Assembly (NCBI GenBank): GCA_964016885.1
Contig: OZ024742.1
Coordinates: forward strand, 315,766,001 to 315,830,000
From: Eledone cirrhosa
Lineage: Eukaryota
Direction of reading: 5' to 3'
DNA: 64,000 bases
Each line of letters opens with the position of its first letter. Positions within the stretch are counted from its first letter, which is position 1. Position numbers and translations under genes: made by a program. Below, one piece after another: positions 27,301-41,604 of this stretch. The notes under the pieces were generated by a model that saw only the letters and a program-made list of their open reading frames with translations, did not search any database and was not told the DNA's origin.

Positions 27301-27729
27301 GTCAGACGGACCTGCCCGAGATGCGTGCAGAGCGACGAAACCGTTCTGCGCGCACTCGTCCAGTGTCCGTGCATTACTGACTTGTGGAGTTATGTTGAAC
27401 AGCTGTTGTCGCGTGTAGAACGGATCCGGCTATCGGCCGAGTCCATAGTGAAGATCGACCCGCCGCCTTCTTTTGGCCAGGAAGGGCAGGCAATTTTCCT
27501 CTGTCTGGTGGCAGTAGCGAAAGAGGTTGTATGGTGGACGAGGTTGAAAGGACTGAAGACAGATACTTTTCTCTTCGGCCAATCCCTCATCAACTTTTTC
27601 AAGTTTCACTTGGAAAGGAAGGTGAGGGTGGAGAGAGAAGTGCTGCCCCCCAGTACATTTGCTGAAAGGTGGATGAATGTGGCGAGAATGGCCCGTGTGA
27701 GTGGGCCTACTCTGGTCATGCGGCTGTAG
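24308..27729 (+). pseudogene. Tx1 ORF2 (APE + RT + zinc-binding region) with about three frameshifts
   Basis: Consecutive ORFs 24308, 24514, 25058 and 25444-27729 carry NVRGL, GDWN, SDH, KSPGLDGL, QGCPLS, YADD. Confidence 0.92.
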
Positions 27730-27999
27730 GTAGGTAAATTTGAAGAGGAGAGGGGTGCCCTTCCAGGGTGCTCTCGAAGCGTCGGGTCGTTCAGGACTGG
27801 TGGGGTACCTGAGCGAACCCTAGGTGGTCATCCCCCCTATTGGGGAATTTTTTCTTGTAATTTTATTGTTACTTTATTGTTTCTTTGTTATTGTTACTTT
27901 GTTTATTCATATTGTTTATTCGATTTTTCTGTAAAACCCCACTGTCCCAGTCTTTTGTATTGTCCCCTATATGTCGGCCCTTGTGGCCAATAAATGAAA

Positions 28000-28050
<51 letters not shown>

Positions 28051-28072
28051 GTTTTGTTCCCGTATAAATTTG

Positions 28073-28108
<36 letters not shown>

Positions 28109-28512
28109 TAGGTATGTACGGCATGTACGTATGACTCCATGGCAATCCCCTCTCATTCACCCTTTCTAAATATACACAAATTTGTGCGCGCACAACCCCA
28201 ATATAACAATATAACACTAGAACAACTCACTATCACCTGTTTCATAGTCGGGTGGTAAGTGACAAAACCACCCCTATCCAGTTAGTTGGTTATGAAGGCG
28301 CTTTGACATCCAACAGTATACACAATAAAACTTGTCAAAGAGTGGAAGAGCTTCTTACTGAAAAGCCAATAGTGAGCCACACCTGGAAAGAAAACAGGCG
28401 CCGCCAAACTATTGAACACCTACATTGCCAGGTACATACTTCTCCCTAAGAATATGGGTTTTAGAAGTACACACACACACTGGCACACATACGCATGCGT
28501 ATCACTTTATTC

Positions 28513-28548
<36 letters not shown>

Positions 28549-28551
<3 letters not shown>

Positions 28552-28730
28552 TGTTTCTACTTTAGGCACAAGGCCAGCAATTACCCAGTGCATTACTGGT
28601 ACTTTATTTTATCGATCAAGTAAGGATGAACGGCAAAGTTAACTTCGGCGGGATTTGAACTCAGATCATAAAGCGCCGTAACTCTATGCTGCAAAGCATG
28701 GCGTCCGACGCTCTGCCGATACTGCCAAAT
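28549..28730 (-). mobile_element. tRNA/Deu-type SINE copy
   Basis: Homologous to 13743-13930. Confidence 0.85.
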
Positions 28731-28740
28731 TATATATATA

Positions 28741-28935
28741 TAAGGGTCGGCTGAAAAGTTCATAGGCTGACTAAGATACTCTCATGGAATTACCAAATGA
28801 GTTTTGTTTTTCAGCATAGTCCCTAGAAAGAAACAATGCAGATATTTTATAGGAATATTTGAAATTAATGCATGCAAGATTTCACAGCGCTAGCATCACT
28901 CCTTCATAGTCGGCATATAAACTTTTCAGTTGAAA
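28741..28935. mobile_element. Mariner/Tc1-like MITE remnant
   Basis: Imperfect TIRs GGGTCGGCTGAAAAGTTCATAGGCTGAC / GTCGGCATATAAACTTTTCAGTTGA next to TA. Confidence 0.55.
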
Positions 28936-28988
28936 TAAATATATTCTCTGTTTTTATTCACCGTAGCACTGTTGTCTTTTATAACTAA

Positions 28989-30774
28989 CTAGCCGAATCA
29001 ATCAAACGCCGTTGTCTTTCTTCTTCAGAGTCATTTCTTCTTGCAACCATATGTCGAAATCTATCTTGTTCCTGTCTTTCTTGATGCTCACCAAAGGTTT
29101 CATTTTGCCGAGACTCTGTTTACCTGTCTTTGCCTAGAAAGTCGTTCTTCCTTTGTATAACTACTTTCATTTTGCCGAGACTCTGTTTACCTGTCTTTGC
29201 CTAGAAAGTCGTTCTTCCTTTGTATAACTACTTTCATTTTGCCGAGACTCTGTTTACCTGTCTTTGCCTAGAAAGTCGTTCTTCCTTTGTATAACTACTT
29301 TCATTTTGCCGAGACTCTGTTTACCTGTCTTTGCCTAGAAAGTCGTTCTTCCTTTGTATAACTACTTTCATTTTGCCGAGACTCTGTTTACCTGTCTTTG
29401 CCTAGAAAGTCGTTCTTCCTTTGTATAACTACTTTCATTTTGCCGAGACTCTGTTTACCTGTCTTTGCCTAGAAAGTCGTTCTTCCTTTGTATAACTACT
29501 TTCATTTTGCCGAGACTCTGTTTACCTGTCTTTGCCTAGAAAGTCGTTCTTCCTTTGTATAACTACTTTCATTTTGCCGAGACTCTGTTTACCTGTCTTT
29601 GCCTAGAAAGTCGTTCTTCCTTTGTATAACTACTTTCATTTTGCCGAGACTCTGTTTACCTGTCTTTGCCTAGAAAGTCGTTCTTCCTTTGTATAACTAC
29701 TTTCATTTTGCCGAGACTCTGTTTACCTGTCTTTGCCTAGAAAGTCGTTCTTCCTTTGTATAACTACTTTCATTTTGCCGAGACTCTGTTTGCCTCTGTC
29801 TTTGCCTAGAAAGTCATTCTTCCTTTGTATAACTACTTTCATTTTGCCGAGACTCTGTTTACCTGTCTTTGCCTAGAAAGTCGTTCTTCCTTTGTATAAC
29901 TACTTTCATTTTGCCGAGACTCTGTTTGCCTCTGTCTTTGCCTAGAAAGTCATTCTTCCTTTGTATAACTACTTTCATTTTGCCGAGACTCTGTTTGCCT
30001 CTGTCTTTGCCTAGAAAGTCATTCTTCCTTTGTATAACTACTTTCATTTTGCCGAGACTCTGTTTGCCTCTGTCTTTGCCTAGAAAGTGGTTCTTCCCTT
30101 GCATAACCACTTTCATTTTGCCGAGACTCTGTTTGCCTCTGTCTTTGCCTAGAAAGTCGTTCTTCCCTTGTATAACCACTTTCATTTTGCCGAGACTCTG
30201 TTTGCCTCTGTCTTTGACTAGAAAATCGTTCTTCCCTTGCATCACAGCTTTCAGATTGACGACGAAGCCTCATCCTTTTTGCATGTGGATTATTTGCATA
30301 ATTAGATTTTCTTTTCCGTGGCATAAGGGATGTCTGAAAAAATGTCTAAGTTAGCCAAATTTTACTATAAAAGAGAGGTACTTTTTTGTTGATTTACTTT
30401 TAATTAATAGAAAAGCCCCGTGATAATAGAGGTTCCAATACTCAAGTTATGGGCTTCCAAAAGTTTCACTATAGGGGGTTTAACCCCATTAGGGTGTCTT
30501 AATGTTATTGAAATTTGCTGAAGTTTTGTGAATAGGCATCATATCTTGTCATTTACCTATGGTTTAAATATCATATAAATCGAAGGGAAAAGATTTTCAG
30601 CGGGGATTTGTGCCCCCGGGGAACCCTTTGATTAAAATTAAATATACTTGTCCAAGTACCCTGGGCAATGTAGTTTCAGAATATATATAATTATGGGGGT
30701 GTATCTCCAATAGGAGAAGTTCGTGAACAAACAAACAAACAAACAGACTGGAACTACAACTTTATATATATAGA
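28989..30774 (-). mobile_element. Internally deleted Helitron
   Basis: Minus-strand A|TCTATATATATAAAG..(TTTG)n 5' end and ..CGGCTAG|T 3' end; ORF MPRKRKS..RRQSES.. with 23-aa repeats like Helitron N-termini. Confidence 0.7.
29101..30250. repeat. Tandem minisatellite, about 17 units of 67 or 69 bp
   Basis: Units start at 29101, 29168 ... 29704 (67 bp), 29771 (69), 29840 (67), 29907 onward (69). Confidence 0.95.
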
Positions 30775-31169
30775 TTCTGCAATCAACAAGTCTTGCATCA
30801 TGATCGGATGAGGAAACTGGGTCATTGAAATATGTGTAGTGTTTACGCGGGATTGAAATTTTAAAGAAAGTTTCCAATTCGGCCTTCTGCTGTTTTTAAT
30901 TAATATTTAACTTCGTTCCTACATCAGCCACGGGATACCACATCTACGAGGGATTATCTGCATAACGTCAAGTGCTTTTATTTATTACATCATCGTTTAC
31001 TACTAACCAGAATCACCAGTTCTACCAATTGGCAAACAACATAACACACACACACGCACACACACATACACAATTATATATATCATCATTATTATCATTT
31101 ATTTATATTCATAGACAGAATAAAAAATGCTAAGGTTTTAAGGTCCAATTACGACTTTCTCCCCAGATT

Positions 31170-31700
31170 GTGCACGGTGAGGTAGAGTGGAAAAGCGATC
31201 AAATTAACAGAAAGAATGCCGGGTGGGTGTTGATCAGGTTCAGTCTGCTGGTCAGAGTTTCTAGCCTGCGATGCCAAAATCTGGGGGTGGAGCGAATGGT
31301 AGGCGGAAGGACTGGCGAACCGAGGAGGTGAAGGTCTTCTTTTGAGGTTACCTGCACCTAATGGAGTGATGATTGCACGTTCGAGACGGAGGCCACGAAG
31401 TCCTCTGCGTCGTAATTGAGGTTTACGACCTCTGAATTGGATGATTTGATCCAGAGGTCGATGCTCGCTAGAGTAGGAACCACTGATTGGAGATCGTGGC
31501 AGGCACTATCTGCGGACCCACCTATCGTTGCATCGTCGAGGTACCAGAAGTTGAGAGGGGCAGTGTTGCTCTGAGCAACGTTGTCTACTCGATAGCGAAG
31601 AGAATAGGCCCACTCGATCGCCTTGCTGGACGCCGGTGTGATTTACCTGTTATTTCTTGCAGGTCTAGTGAAAGCACAGAGGCTAACCTGTTAGTTCGTG
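31170..31700 (-). mobile_element. CRE-clade non-LTR retrotransposon RT fragment
   Basis: GVQQGD..GPILFAI..PLNFWYLDDATIGG across frameshifts. Confidence 0.7.
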
Positions 31701-32319
31701 AGGTTAGCATTCATCGTTAGTGCTGCCTAATTGTGACAATACATATTCAAGACAAACTTAAGCTCATGCAAATAAATAAATGCAAATAAATAAAGAAAGA
31801 AACAAATAAAGAAATAAAGAAACAAAAAAACAAAAAAGAAACAAATGAATAAATAAATAAATGATAGTGTAGAGAGCATAATAAGAACAGACTCAGCACC
31901 TGTAGGATTCTAATCAATTTAGATCACTTTAAAGCTTTACACACTATAAACACGCGCGTGTGTATGTTTATGTGTATGTAATTATATATTTTTTGTATTT
32001 TGCCATTTATTTTCGTGGTTTGTGTACGTAAATGCATCAAATGTTTGTCTTTGCTATTTTATATTTATGTTGGCCTTCTTGACATATTATAAAAACAAAA
32101 TTAAACGTTGATCGCATTCACGCATTCATATTTTGACATTTAGTGACAAGACTTGTGAGCTATGAAACACTTACTGAATGACTGTTTCAGAATAGATTAT
32201 CTCAGCTTTCTTATATCCGGGACTCAATTGCAATATTTTACAAAGTCTTGAGCGGCTGTCTGTTTTGATGTCTTTTATTGACTTTCTATAACAATTGGAA
32301 TAACTTTCATTTATATATT

Positions 32320-32460
32320 AGAACGGTGGATAGAATGTTTTACGGTTTTGGTTCCGGCCTTCTGTGTTCTGAGTTCAAAACCCATCGAGGTTAAATTTGC
32401 ATTTAATCCTTTCGAGGTCGATAAATAAAGTTCCAGTCGAATACTGGAGTCGATTTTTCC
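32320..32460 (+). mobile_element. Degenerate tRNA/Deu-type SINE
   Basis: GTTCTGAGTTCAAAACCC..TTTAATCCTTTCGAGGTCGATAAATAAAG. Confidence 0.65.
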
Positions 32461-32572
32461 GCTATATCCCTTCCTATCTCTCTTTTCTACTCTGGAAGAA
32501 ATCGGTTGTGGTTAGACCTGCAGAGAGGATGGGCTTCGCCAGTTTTTAAAATACCCAAGGCATGCCGTATAT

Positions 32573-34603
32573 CAGTGGTCGCCAACCTTTTTAAAACCGA
32601 GGAACCCTCTAAATATTTTGAATTCTTCACGGAACCTATACAATACAAAACTTTTCAAAAAAAATAATAAAGTATTTATTTATTTTAGTGTTTCATGCGT
32701 GTGTATGTAATCGAACACAATGGCTTTTCTGCTGCTGCGCCTCATCAGTGAGTTTAGCTAGGTTCAACACTAGTTAATGCCAGTCTCATACACTCGTCAA
32801 TTGCTAACAGTTTATTCCTCTTCTTTGTGCAGATTTCCACCAACCGCGAAAACCCTTTTTCGCACAAATAACTAGATGGGAATAAAGTCAAATACTTCAA
32901 TGCAAGTTGGCTGATTTCATTAAACTCCCCAATCAAGAATAAGTCGATCCATAGTTCTTTCTTTCTGCTTTCGAATATCACTTTCAGGTCTTCGTTTGAA
33001 TTCAAATCCATCAACTGATGTAAACATTGAGCAGGTAGTAAATTTTTACAATTTCCAGCGTCATTTTCTGACACTAACTGCTCGATCTCGGTGAACGGGT
33101 TTTTATCCATAAATTTCCGCTAACAATATCTTTTTCCATCAAGTCAAAATAATCTGAAAAACCTGTGGAAAGCACATTTAAATGAGAAAGAATAATCTTC
33201 TTTAGATTGCTGGAGTCAAAATTTTCTCTCTTTTTAAGCTCTATTTCAAGGTTTGAAAGTAATTGTCCGATTCAATTCTTTTTATAAAGATGTTTAATTT
33301 TGATTGAAAATATGTAATAAAATTGATTGAAGTAAAAATATCTGCATTGTTACCCTGAAGACACTTATTTAGTTTGTTCAGTTCACCAAAAATGTCTACT
33401 AAATAAGCGAGTTGCACATTCCATTCATTGGTTTCTAATACACTTGCTCTTTCATCATTCTGTTTTTTTAGAAAAACTATTATTTCTTCTCTCAGATCAA
33501 AAACTCTCTTCATAGCATCCCCAAAAGACAGCCAACGCATATCATTGTTCAATAACAATCTATTATAATTACTTCCAGAAGATTCACAAATAGATTCAAA
33601 CATTCTAGAATTTTTTGCTCTTGCATGGATCAAATTGATAATTTTGACAATGTCTTTCAGCTGGTCATTTAATATTTGAGCATCTCTGTCTTTGAATTTT
33701 TTTTAACACAAAACCCCTCGATGAATCATACAATGAATTGAAATACAATTTGGGGTCTGTTCTTTAATTTTTGCAATCAAACCAGAATTTTTACCAGTCA
33801 TTGCAGCTGCTCCATCTGTTGTTATTGAAGTCAACTTGCTCCAAGATACACCATTTTTTAAAAAATACTCTTCAATTTTATTGAATATATCTTAACCTTT
33901 AGTTGTAATGTCTAATGCCAGACAAAACAAATACTCTTCTACTAATTCTTTTTTATCAAGGTCTACAAACCGTACATAGCAAATTAATTGAGCCTTGTTA
34001 TTAATATCCGTAGTTTCGTCCACTTGCAGTCCAAAACATGGGCTTTTCTTTAGTGCAGTTAGTATCTGATTTTCTATATAAGAAGAAATATCAATTATCC
34101 CTCTTTTTACGGTATTTGCTGACAATGGTAACTGGCTTAATTTTTCTTTGTCCTTAATACTGCAGCTTTCAAAAAGATTCTCTGTAGCAATTTTTATACT
34201 TGGCAGAATTAACTGTTCTCCTAATGTAAATGGTTTCTTGTTTTTACCAATCAAATGTGAAATCTCAAAAGATGTTCTTGTTAAAGTTTTATTTCTATCT
34301 GACTTTTTACAAAACAAGTCATACATATTAGCTTGTGATTTTTTAATGTTATTTTTCAGCGAAGTAAAGTATTCCAGTGACTTGTTTTTATCATTGGTGT
34401 GATTAGTATCAATGTGTCTTTTAAGTTTTGCAGGATTTAAACAGCTATTTGATAGAACTTTTGAACATAGCAAACACATGGGCTGATCTGGTGTATCTTT
34501 CTTTAGTGTCAGCTTTTTGAAATCCATATCTAACATAATCATCACACCACTGTCTAACCTTACTGCTGGTATCTAACTTCAGCTTCTTTGCAGTAGGCAT
34601 CAT
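32573..34603 (-). pseudogene. hAT (Buster/Charlie-type) transposase pseudogene with one TIR
   Basis: RQWCDDYVRYGF, CLLC..LKRH, LQVDETTD, CIIHR, RWLS, FPSSYLCEKGFS; TIR-like CAGTGGTCGCCAACCTTTTT at 32573; second TIR not seen. Confidence 0.85.
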
Positions 34604-35154
34604 ATCAATGTTATTTATCTACAGTTAACATTTTTAATATGACATTAATAAACAAGAGAAATTAACAGTTTTTTAATTACAAAAAGTACTTAAATTAACT
34701 TTAATTTTAGATATTTGGAAAAACTTAACTAGTTAAACAAAAATTTTAATTTTTAAAAATTGAAATTTCTTCATTTTAGGATGGCAAACATATTATTTAA
34801 AGTCTTATGGTAGGTTACATTATTATAGTTTCTTCTGTTGCTACAGTACTAGCAAACGCAAATGGTACACCGGTAGTACCTACATCAACGAGGATGGGTT
34901 AACGCCTGTTTAGCTCTCGGTAAAAATAGAGGTGGGGACGTTTCGGCAACACTTCAAAAAATATGCTAATACATATTAATTATGATAATAGAACTGGTTT
35001 TGTGATTCATATATTAATGATTGCATATATTATTACAAATGTTAATAATTGTTTCTACAAATAATATATACTAAAAATAATATATACAAATAATACTACA
35101 AATAATATATACAAATAATATATACTAAAAATTGTATATATTATTACAAATACT

Positions 35155-36470
35155 AAAGTTAATGGAGAAATGTACGTTCGTCAATGGTTTGTGTACTATC
35201 CAACAGCAGGCTGTGTTCATTGCTTTGGGTGTATTCTTTTCCAGAAATCAACTTCAGAGTTATATTCTGAAGGATTTAGTGACTGGCAAAATCTTAGTGT
35301 AATTAAAAAATCATGAAAACTCAGAATTCCATAGAATAGCTTTGCTTGCATATTCATCAAGAAAACGCCATTCAATCTTGAATTAAAAATTAGGCGAATA
35401 TATCAAAGCAGCACAATATTGAAGAACTGTCTTTGAGTGCGTTATTGCCGCCATATTTACATTAGCAGAGCGTGGATTAACATTTAGAGGAAGCAATGGA
35501 ATTTTGGATAATGGTAACTATCTAGGGATTTTAGATTGATCCCGTTATTGTCAATCACATAAAATAACATTAAAACAGAGAGCCTGGGATTCCTTCATTT
35601 TTGACTAAAAGAACATGATGAAATTATTATTTTTATGGCCAACAAATTAAAAGAACCAATTTTGAATGATTTGAGAAAAAGTAGCGATTTGTCTCACGTT
35701 GATCAACTAACTGTTATAGTCAGGTATGTATCACCTGATAATAGTTTACCTGATGACCGATTTTTAATATTCTTAGAATTGAAGAATCATATTGAAGAAG
35801 ATATGGCAAACATAGTGGTGAACTATCTTAGTAAAGATTGTAAAGTTGATTTTAGTAAATGCAGTGGATAATCTTATGATAATGCAGCAAATATGTTAGG
35901 TAAGTACAACGACATGCAACATATTCAAGAGATAAATAAGCATACTATATATATTGCTCGTGCTGTACATTCTTTGAATCATGTTCGTCCTTCTTCAGTA
36001 GATTGTAGCTTAGATGCAGTAAACCTTTTTAGCGTTTTTCAAGAAATATACATTTTCTTTTCATCTACTACAAAGAGGTTGACTGTAATGTTAGGATTCT
36101 TTAAATCGAAATTCAATGTCCAAAGTATCTATCTGATACTAGATGGCAAACTCATGCCAACTCTGTGTCTGCCATAGAAGAACATTATGGGTCACTCATT
36201 GAAGCTCTTAATTATTCCCATTCTAATGAAATCGAAAAAGGCGATACAAGAATATAAGCTGGTTCTCTTCTTGCAAAAGTGGAAGAATTAGAATTCGTTA
36301 TTATACTATGTTTATCTATTCATTTACTGCAATAGTTTCATAAAATTAGTAAGACTCTTCAGGATCCACAAGTTACTCTCTACATGTAAGAATTTGTATT
36401 CATCGCTTTCTGAGTTTGTGATGAATGTACGCGAAGATTTTGACGAACTTGAAGAAGAAGCCTACCTCCC
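35155..36470 (+). pseudogene. Highly decayed hAT transposase (ZMYM1-like group)
   Basis: RQWFVY..HCFGCILF, GFSDW, LAERGLTFRG..GNYLG, DLSHVDQL..VRYV, SYDNAANM, HSLN, LSDTRW. Confidence 0.75.
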
Positions 36471-37911
36471 TTCTTTATATGACATCTACAATATCATATA
36501 TCCCCTGGTAATTTAGTATTAATTACTTTGCTTAAACTTTCATGTTTTTTTCCTCTACAGGCCATACGATGATGGGTTTCTTCCAACCAAACTGAAAACT
36601 CAACTACAATTATCTTGGAACTAGTCTGACTGAAGTGACTAGAAATACGTGCTCTTTCTCCTGAGGCTAAATATTTAAAAACTATTAAGTATATGTAAAT
36701 ACAAAGTTCAATGATTGACATACACGTGTTACATTTTTATTGCTGAGTTAAAGGATAAACGACAGCGCGCATGCTATTTTGCCAGTGTCTCTAAGACTGA
36801 TGATAGGAATGGATAACTTATATGTTGGCCGGTGACCTGGCACCAATGTTTACCAAGTGGAGATTTAAATTGGGTGATGGATTGAGTCTGCCACAAAAAA
36901 ATATATTAAAAAATAAATACAGAAAAAAAACATGAGCGTTCAAATAGTCGAACCTCAATGCATTCTCTATTTAGTGGATTTTAATATCAGATTTTTTATT
37001 CAACTAGAAGATATTGTAAATTACATTTGAACGAGTGCCATATGACAAACATCTCTCTATACTTAGATGATGGCTATAAAGAAACAATCCTTTATATTTC
37101 ATACTTTTCATTCATTCCCTAAAGACTTTAAAACTGTGAAAAACGATTTTAATAGAGAACTAAAACCATTTGAGAAGACATGTCATAATAGAGATATATT
37201 TCAAACCCCCCGTCACTTTCTTTATAAAGATTTTGTTGGTTTGATTATGCATTTTAGTGTATGTTTGTTTGAATCGAAATGAGCGAACTGCTGTTAGGAT
37301 TTCTATCGTTATCCAATTCTGAACATCATCCAAATAGCAATTATTTTTCTTTAATGATTTTGTAAAATTACCAAATTTATAGATTCTGCAGTCTATATGT
37401 TCGGTGGTGCGATAACTGAAACCAGTAAGAGGACAAAAAACAAAAAAAAAACAAAAAACAAACAACATGTTAATGAGTGCAGATAGCAGACAGTTATACC
37501 AACTCAATGCATTTTCTACTTTAGTCGTGTTGTAACAATAAAAGCTCACTTTCCAGTCAGATGTTTCTGAGTTCTAACCTTACATTTTCCCCTGTAAATA
37601 ATTATTTTTCAAAAGTTACTCATACATTTAATCCTGTATGTTAATTGTACATATATGCTGAACATGTATGTAATTATATGCTAGAAATAATTTATCAAAG
37701 AATCATTCTTATCTTTAATCACTTCCATATGTCAGTAACCAACATAAACTCTATATAAACTTTTTATATAAACTATATTAAAGTCTGATTTTTTTCCAAT
37801 TTGAATGGTTGTCTATATATCCGGTAACCCTGATACATATGGACTAAAAAAATTAAACACATTCAACGCTATTGCCATGATTTTTGACGGCACAGGTACA
37901 CTAGTTTCTTA

Positions 37912-38104
37912 TAATTGTTTCTACTATTGGCACAAGGCCAGCGATTATCCCAGTGCATTACTGGTACTTTATTTTATCGACCCCGTAAGGATGAAAGGCA
38001 AAGTTAACCTCGGCGGGATTTGAACTCAGAATGGCAAGGGCCGTAACTCTATGCGTCAAAGCATGGCGTCCGACCCTCTACCGATACTGCCAATTCACCG
38101 CCCT
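37912..38104 (-). mobile_element. tRNA/Deu-type SINE copy
   Basis: Homologous to 13743-13930. Confidence 0.85.
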
Positions 38105-38485
38105 TGTTTCTTATAATGCTTTCTGTTAGTATGAATACTGAATATAGAAGAAAAAAACCCCCTATTCATTAGGTTATAAGCGGTATAAATTGTCTCCCAG
38201 TTATTTCCATCGCTGAGAATATCTATTAATAGCTGGAGAAACGATGAAATGAAATCTTTGATAGAGCTATGATTTTATTAAATGTTACAGAGATACAGAC
38301 GTTCAGAAAACGATTAGAGAAACGTTTAGACATCAATCATTATCCTACTGTATTTGTCAAACTAATATACGATGTATCTTTATTGTTTGCTTGGTTGTTT
38401 TCCGTTTACTTTTCACACGTACTCACGCACACATACACAGTAACTTTCTCTCTCTCACACACACATAGACACAGATACCCACAAA

Positions 38486-38599
<114 letters not shown>

Positions 38600-39256
38600 C
38601 ACACACAGTAATTCATATAACAACACTACACCTTTAAGTAAGTCAGTGACTAATTCTGACAATGACTTCAATACGTACTTTTGCAGAATATTAGATATAG
38701 ATTTGATGTAACTTTAGTATCCAATGCTGCTTGATATCTTTCCAAAAGTCACAAGTAATGTTGATTTACAGTGTGTAGATAAGTATATCAGTTTACCAAC
38801 TATTTCGTGTTTATTTAGAAATATCATTATGCCAGTTTTAAAAAACAACAAAACAACACTATGTTGTTATTTACTTTTACTGTTAGCCAGGGAGAGAAGC
38901 GCTCATGAGCCTGTTCAGGGCTTCCGAGACTGGTGAGATGGAAGAAAGAATGGGGGTGATCTCAAACGAGAGACATGACGCCGGTGTCAAACTGGGTTTG
39001 ACAGATTAAGTCTCTCATCCAAATCTCCTTCGAAAACTCAAGTCTAGAAAATAGTAACAATTAATCATACCCTGATTACACAATAAGCAATACCTTTTTC
39101 AGTTATGAAAGTAATTGCTCTCATTGGTTTTCTTACAAAACAACTTGCCCAAGCCTATGGCTTGACAAAGTAATTTTCTGCTGAATACGCATAGTCAGTC
39201 GTGATTTAGAAGCAGGGACTTGATTTCATATATATATATAGAGAGAGAGATATATC

Positions 39257-39351
<95 letters not shown>

Positions 39352-39429
39352 TCCGTGTTCAATCGGGAATAACCACAGTAAGTTAGGTACTCAATATATA
39401 GCAGAGTATAAATGATTAATATAGAAATT

Positions 39430-39478
39430 GCTTCTACAGGACTAGAACTGTTTCATTCGAAGGAAATCATCAGAAAAC
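39430..39478 (-). ncRNA. Type I hammerhead
   Basis: GTTTT-CTGATGA-TTTCCTTCGAAT-GAAA-CAG ttctagtc CTG-TA-GAAGC. Confidence 0.7.
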
Positions 39479-39758
39479 CCCATATATATATATAGTTATA
39501 TCTATGGTCGAGTTAACCACGAGTGTATTAACTGCCTTTTCTAGCAAATACGTTGTTCGTTCACTGTCCACCTTACTACCCTTCTTGACCACTGTATCAT
39601 GTGTTTATCTCTATCCTCGCCTCTCGAGAAATTCTCACTTGCTACTAAAAAAACAATCCTTTTTTTGACCACTGTATCACGTGTTAATCTCTCCCTCCGC
39701 CCCTGAGACTTTCTCACTTGCTATAAACGCGTCAGGAAACAGTCCATTTTTCTGAGGG

Positions 39759-39851
39759 GTCTCTTCATAAGCCGTATCAACCTCACAGCGATGATGCACT
39801 TTTAATGTGCAGAAATCAATGCACACGGATCGGCGAAACTGCAGTCGGGAC
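39759..39851 (+). ncRNA. U3A8 hammerhead with extended stem II (core carries G5C)
   Basis: GTCTC-TTCATAA-GCCG...CGGC-GAAA-CTGCAG-TC-GGGAC. Confidence 0.65.
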
Positions 39852-39934
39852 TTTGAAGAAAAAATAGGTATATTATTGTCTATTATTTCCTCATATTTTG
39901 TAATTTGAGCTACAAGTCATTCTTTTCCTTTTTT

Positions 39935-40021
<87 letters not shown>

Positions 40022-40084
40022 TCAGGTTTGAGGTTCACCACTGTATAGAGCTGGTCTATTCCGTATGGTCAATCGTAATGCAAT

Positions 40085-40265
40085 AATTGTTTCTACTTTT
40101 GGCACAAGGCCAGCAATTACCCAGTACATTACTGGTACTTTATTTTATCGACCCCGTAAGGATGAAAGGCAAAGTTAACCTCGGCGGGATTTGAACTCAG
40201 ACCGCAAAGGGACGTAACTATGCTGGAAAGCATGGCGTCCGACTCTCTACCGATACTGCCAATCC
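40085..40265 (-). mobile_element. tRNA/Deu-type SINE copy
   Basis: Homologous to 13743-13930. Confidence 0.85.
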
Positions 40266-40342
40266 ACAATATAGAGAGTACTCAACGTAAAGCAGTTCAA
40301 CCGTCTTTGTTTTTGTAGTTGGTGGTGCTATTACGGAGTTAA

Positions 40343-40825
<483 letters not shown>

Positions 40826-40862
40826 ATATACATAGACACACACATATATGTATGTATGTATG

Positions 40863-40917
<55 letters not shown>

Positions 40918-41257
40918 CTTTTCCTGAGTCCAACCATTTTCGTTGCTATGGCAGTGCGGCTGGACTGCCGATCGCTATATTTGATTTGCAAAGCTGTCTA
41001 AACGTATTGTTATTACTCTGGGGTACTATTCCCTATCGAGTGCTAAAGCTACGTACCGAATTTGCATTCGTTAGCTTGACCGCAACCTAAAGCTTCGTTA
41101 ATGCTGTACTAAAATTTGTATATATATATATATATATATATAGTTTCATTGACAAATATATCAATGTGCCCAGACACGCAGATATATTGCCCTTGGTATG
41201 ACAGTCTGGTTTTAGCTCAATATAGGATAACTGGTATACTACAGAGCCGTTATAGTT

Positions 41258-41374
41258 ATAAGAATAACTAAAGAGTGCTTAGAGATACATTGTTTTATTA
41301 GCTAACAGTGTTTCATCCGGATTAAACACTGTTAGCTAATAAAACAATGTATCTCTAAGCACTCTTTGGTTATT

Positions 41375-41378
<4 letters not shown>
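41258..41378. repeat. Near-perfect hairpin palindrome, arms about 55 bp
   Basis: GAATAACTAAAGAGTGCTTAGAG..AACAGTGTTT / AAACACTGTT..CTCTAAGCACTCTTTGGTTATTC. Confidence 0.85.
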
Positions 41379-41408
<30 letters not shown>

Positions 41409-41604
41409 TGGGCCACTGACAGCGAATTTCGTTGAAATCTGCGGTGCTAATGGTCAACTTCCTTCGGACATGCGCTTGCGCAGACCGGTGGGGGTGAATT
41501 GGTACTCACAAGGGAACGGATGAAAAACCCAAAAGCACGAACTTCATCCGTTCCCATGTCGATTCAATTTGGATTGCCTCGGAAACAACCTTATTATGTA
41601 ACAA

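Larger units (their letters stand above)
22109..28048 (+). mobile_element. Full-length Tx1-like LINE copy F with (ATT)n tail
   Basis: 5' UTR, ORF1, ORF2, AATAAA 27989-27994, (ATT)n 28002-28048. Confidence 0.92.

Noticed and set aside
29101-30250. Regular array resembling CRISPR
   Set aside because: Units are contiguous with no unique spacers; eukaryotic context; no cas genes
36540-37440. Splice-acceptor-like sites (36560 +, about 37417 -) suggesting host exons
   Set aside because: No recognisable protein and no paired donor; cannot be supported without transcripts
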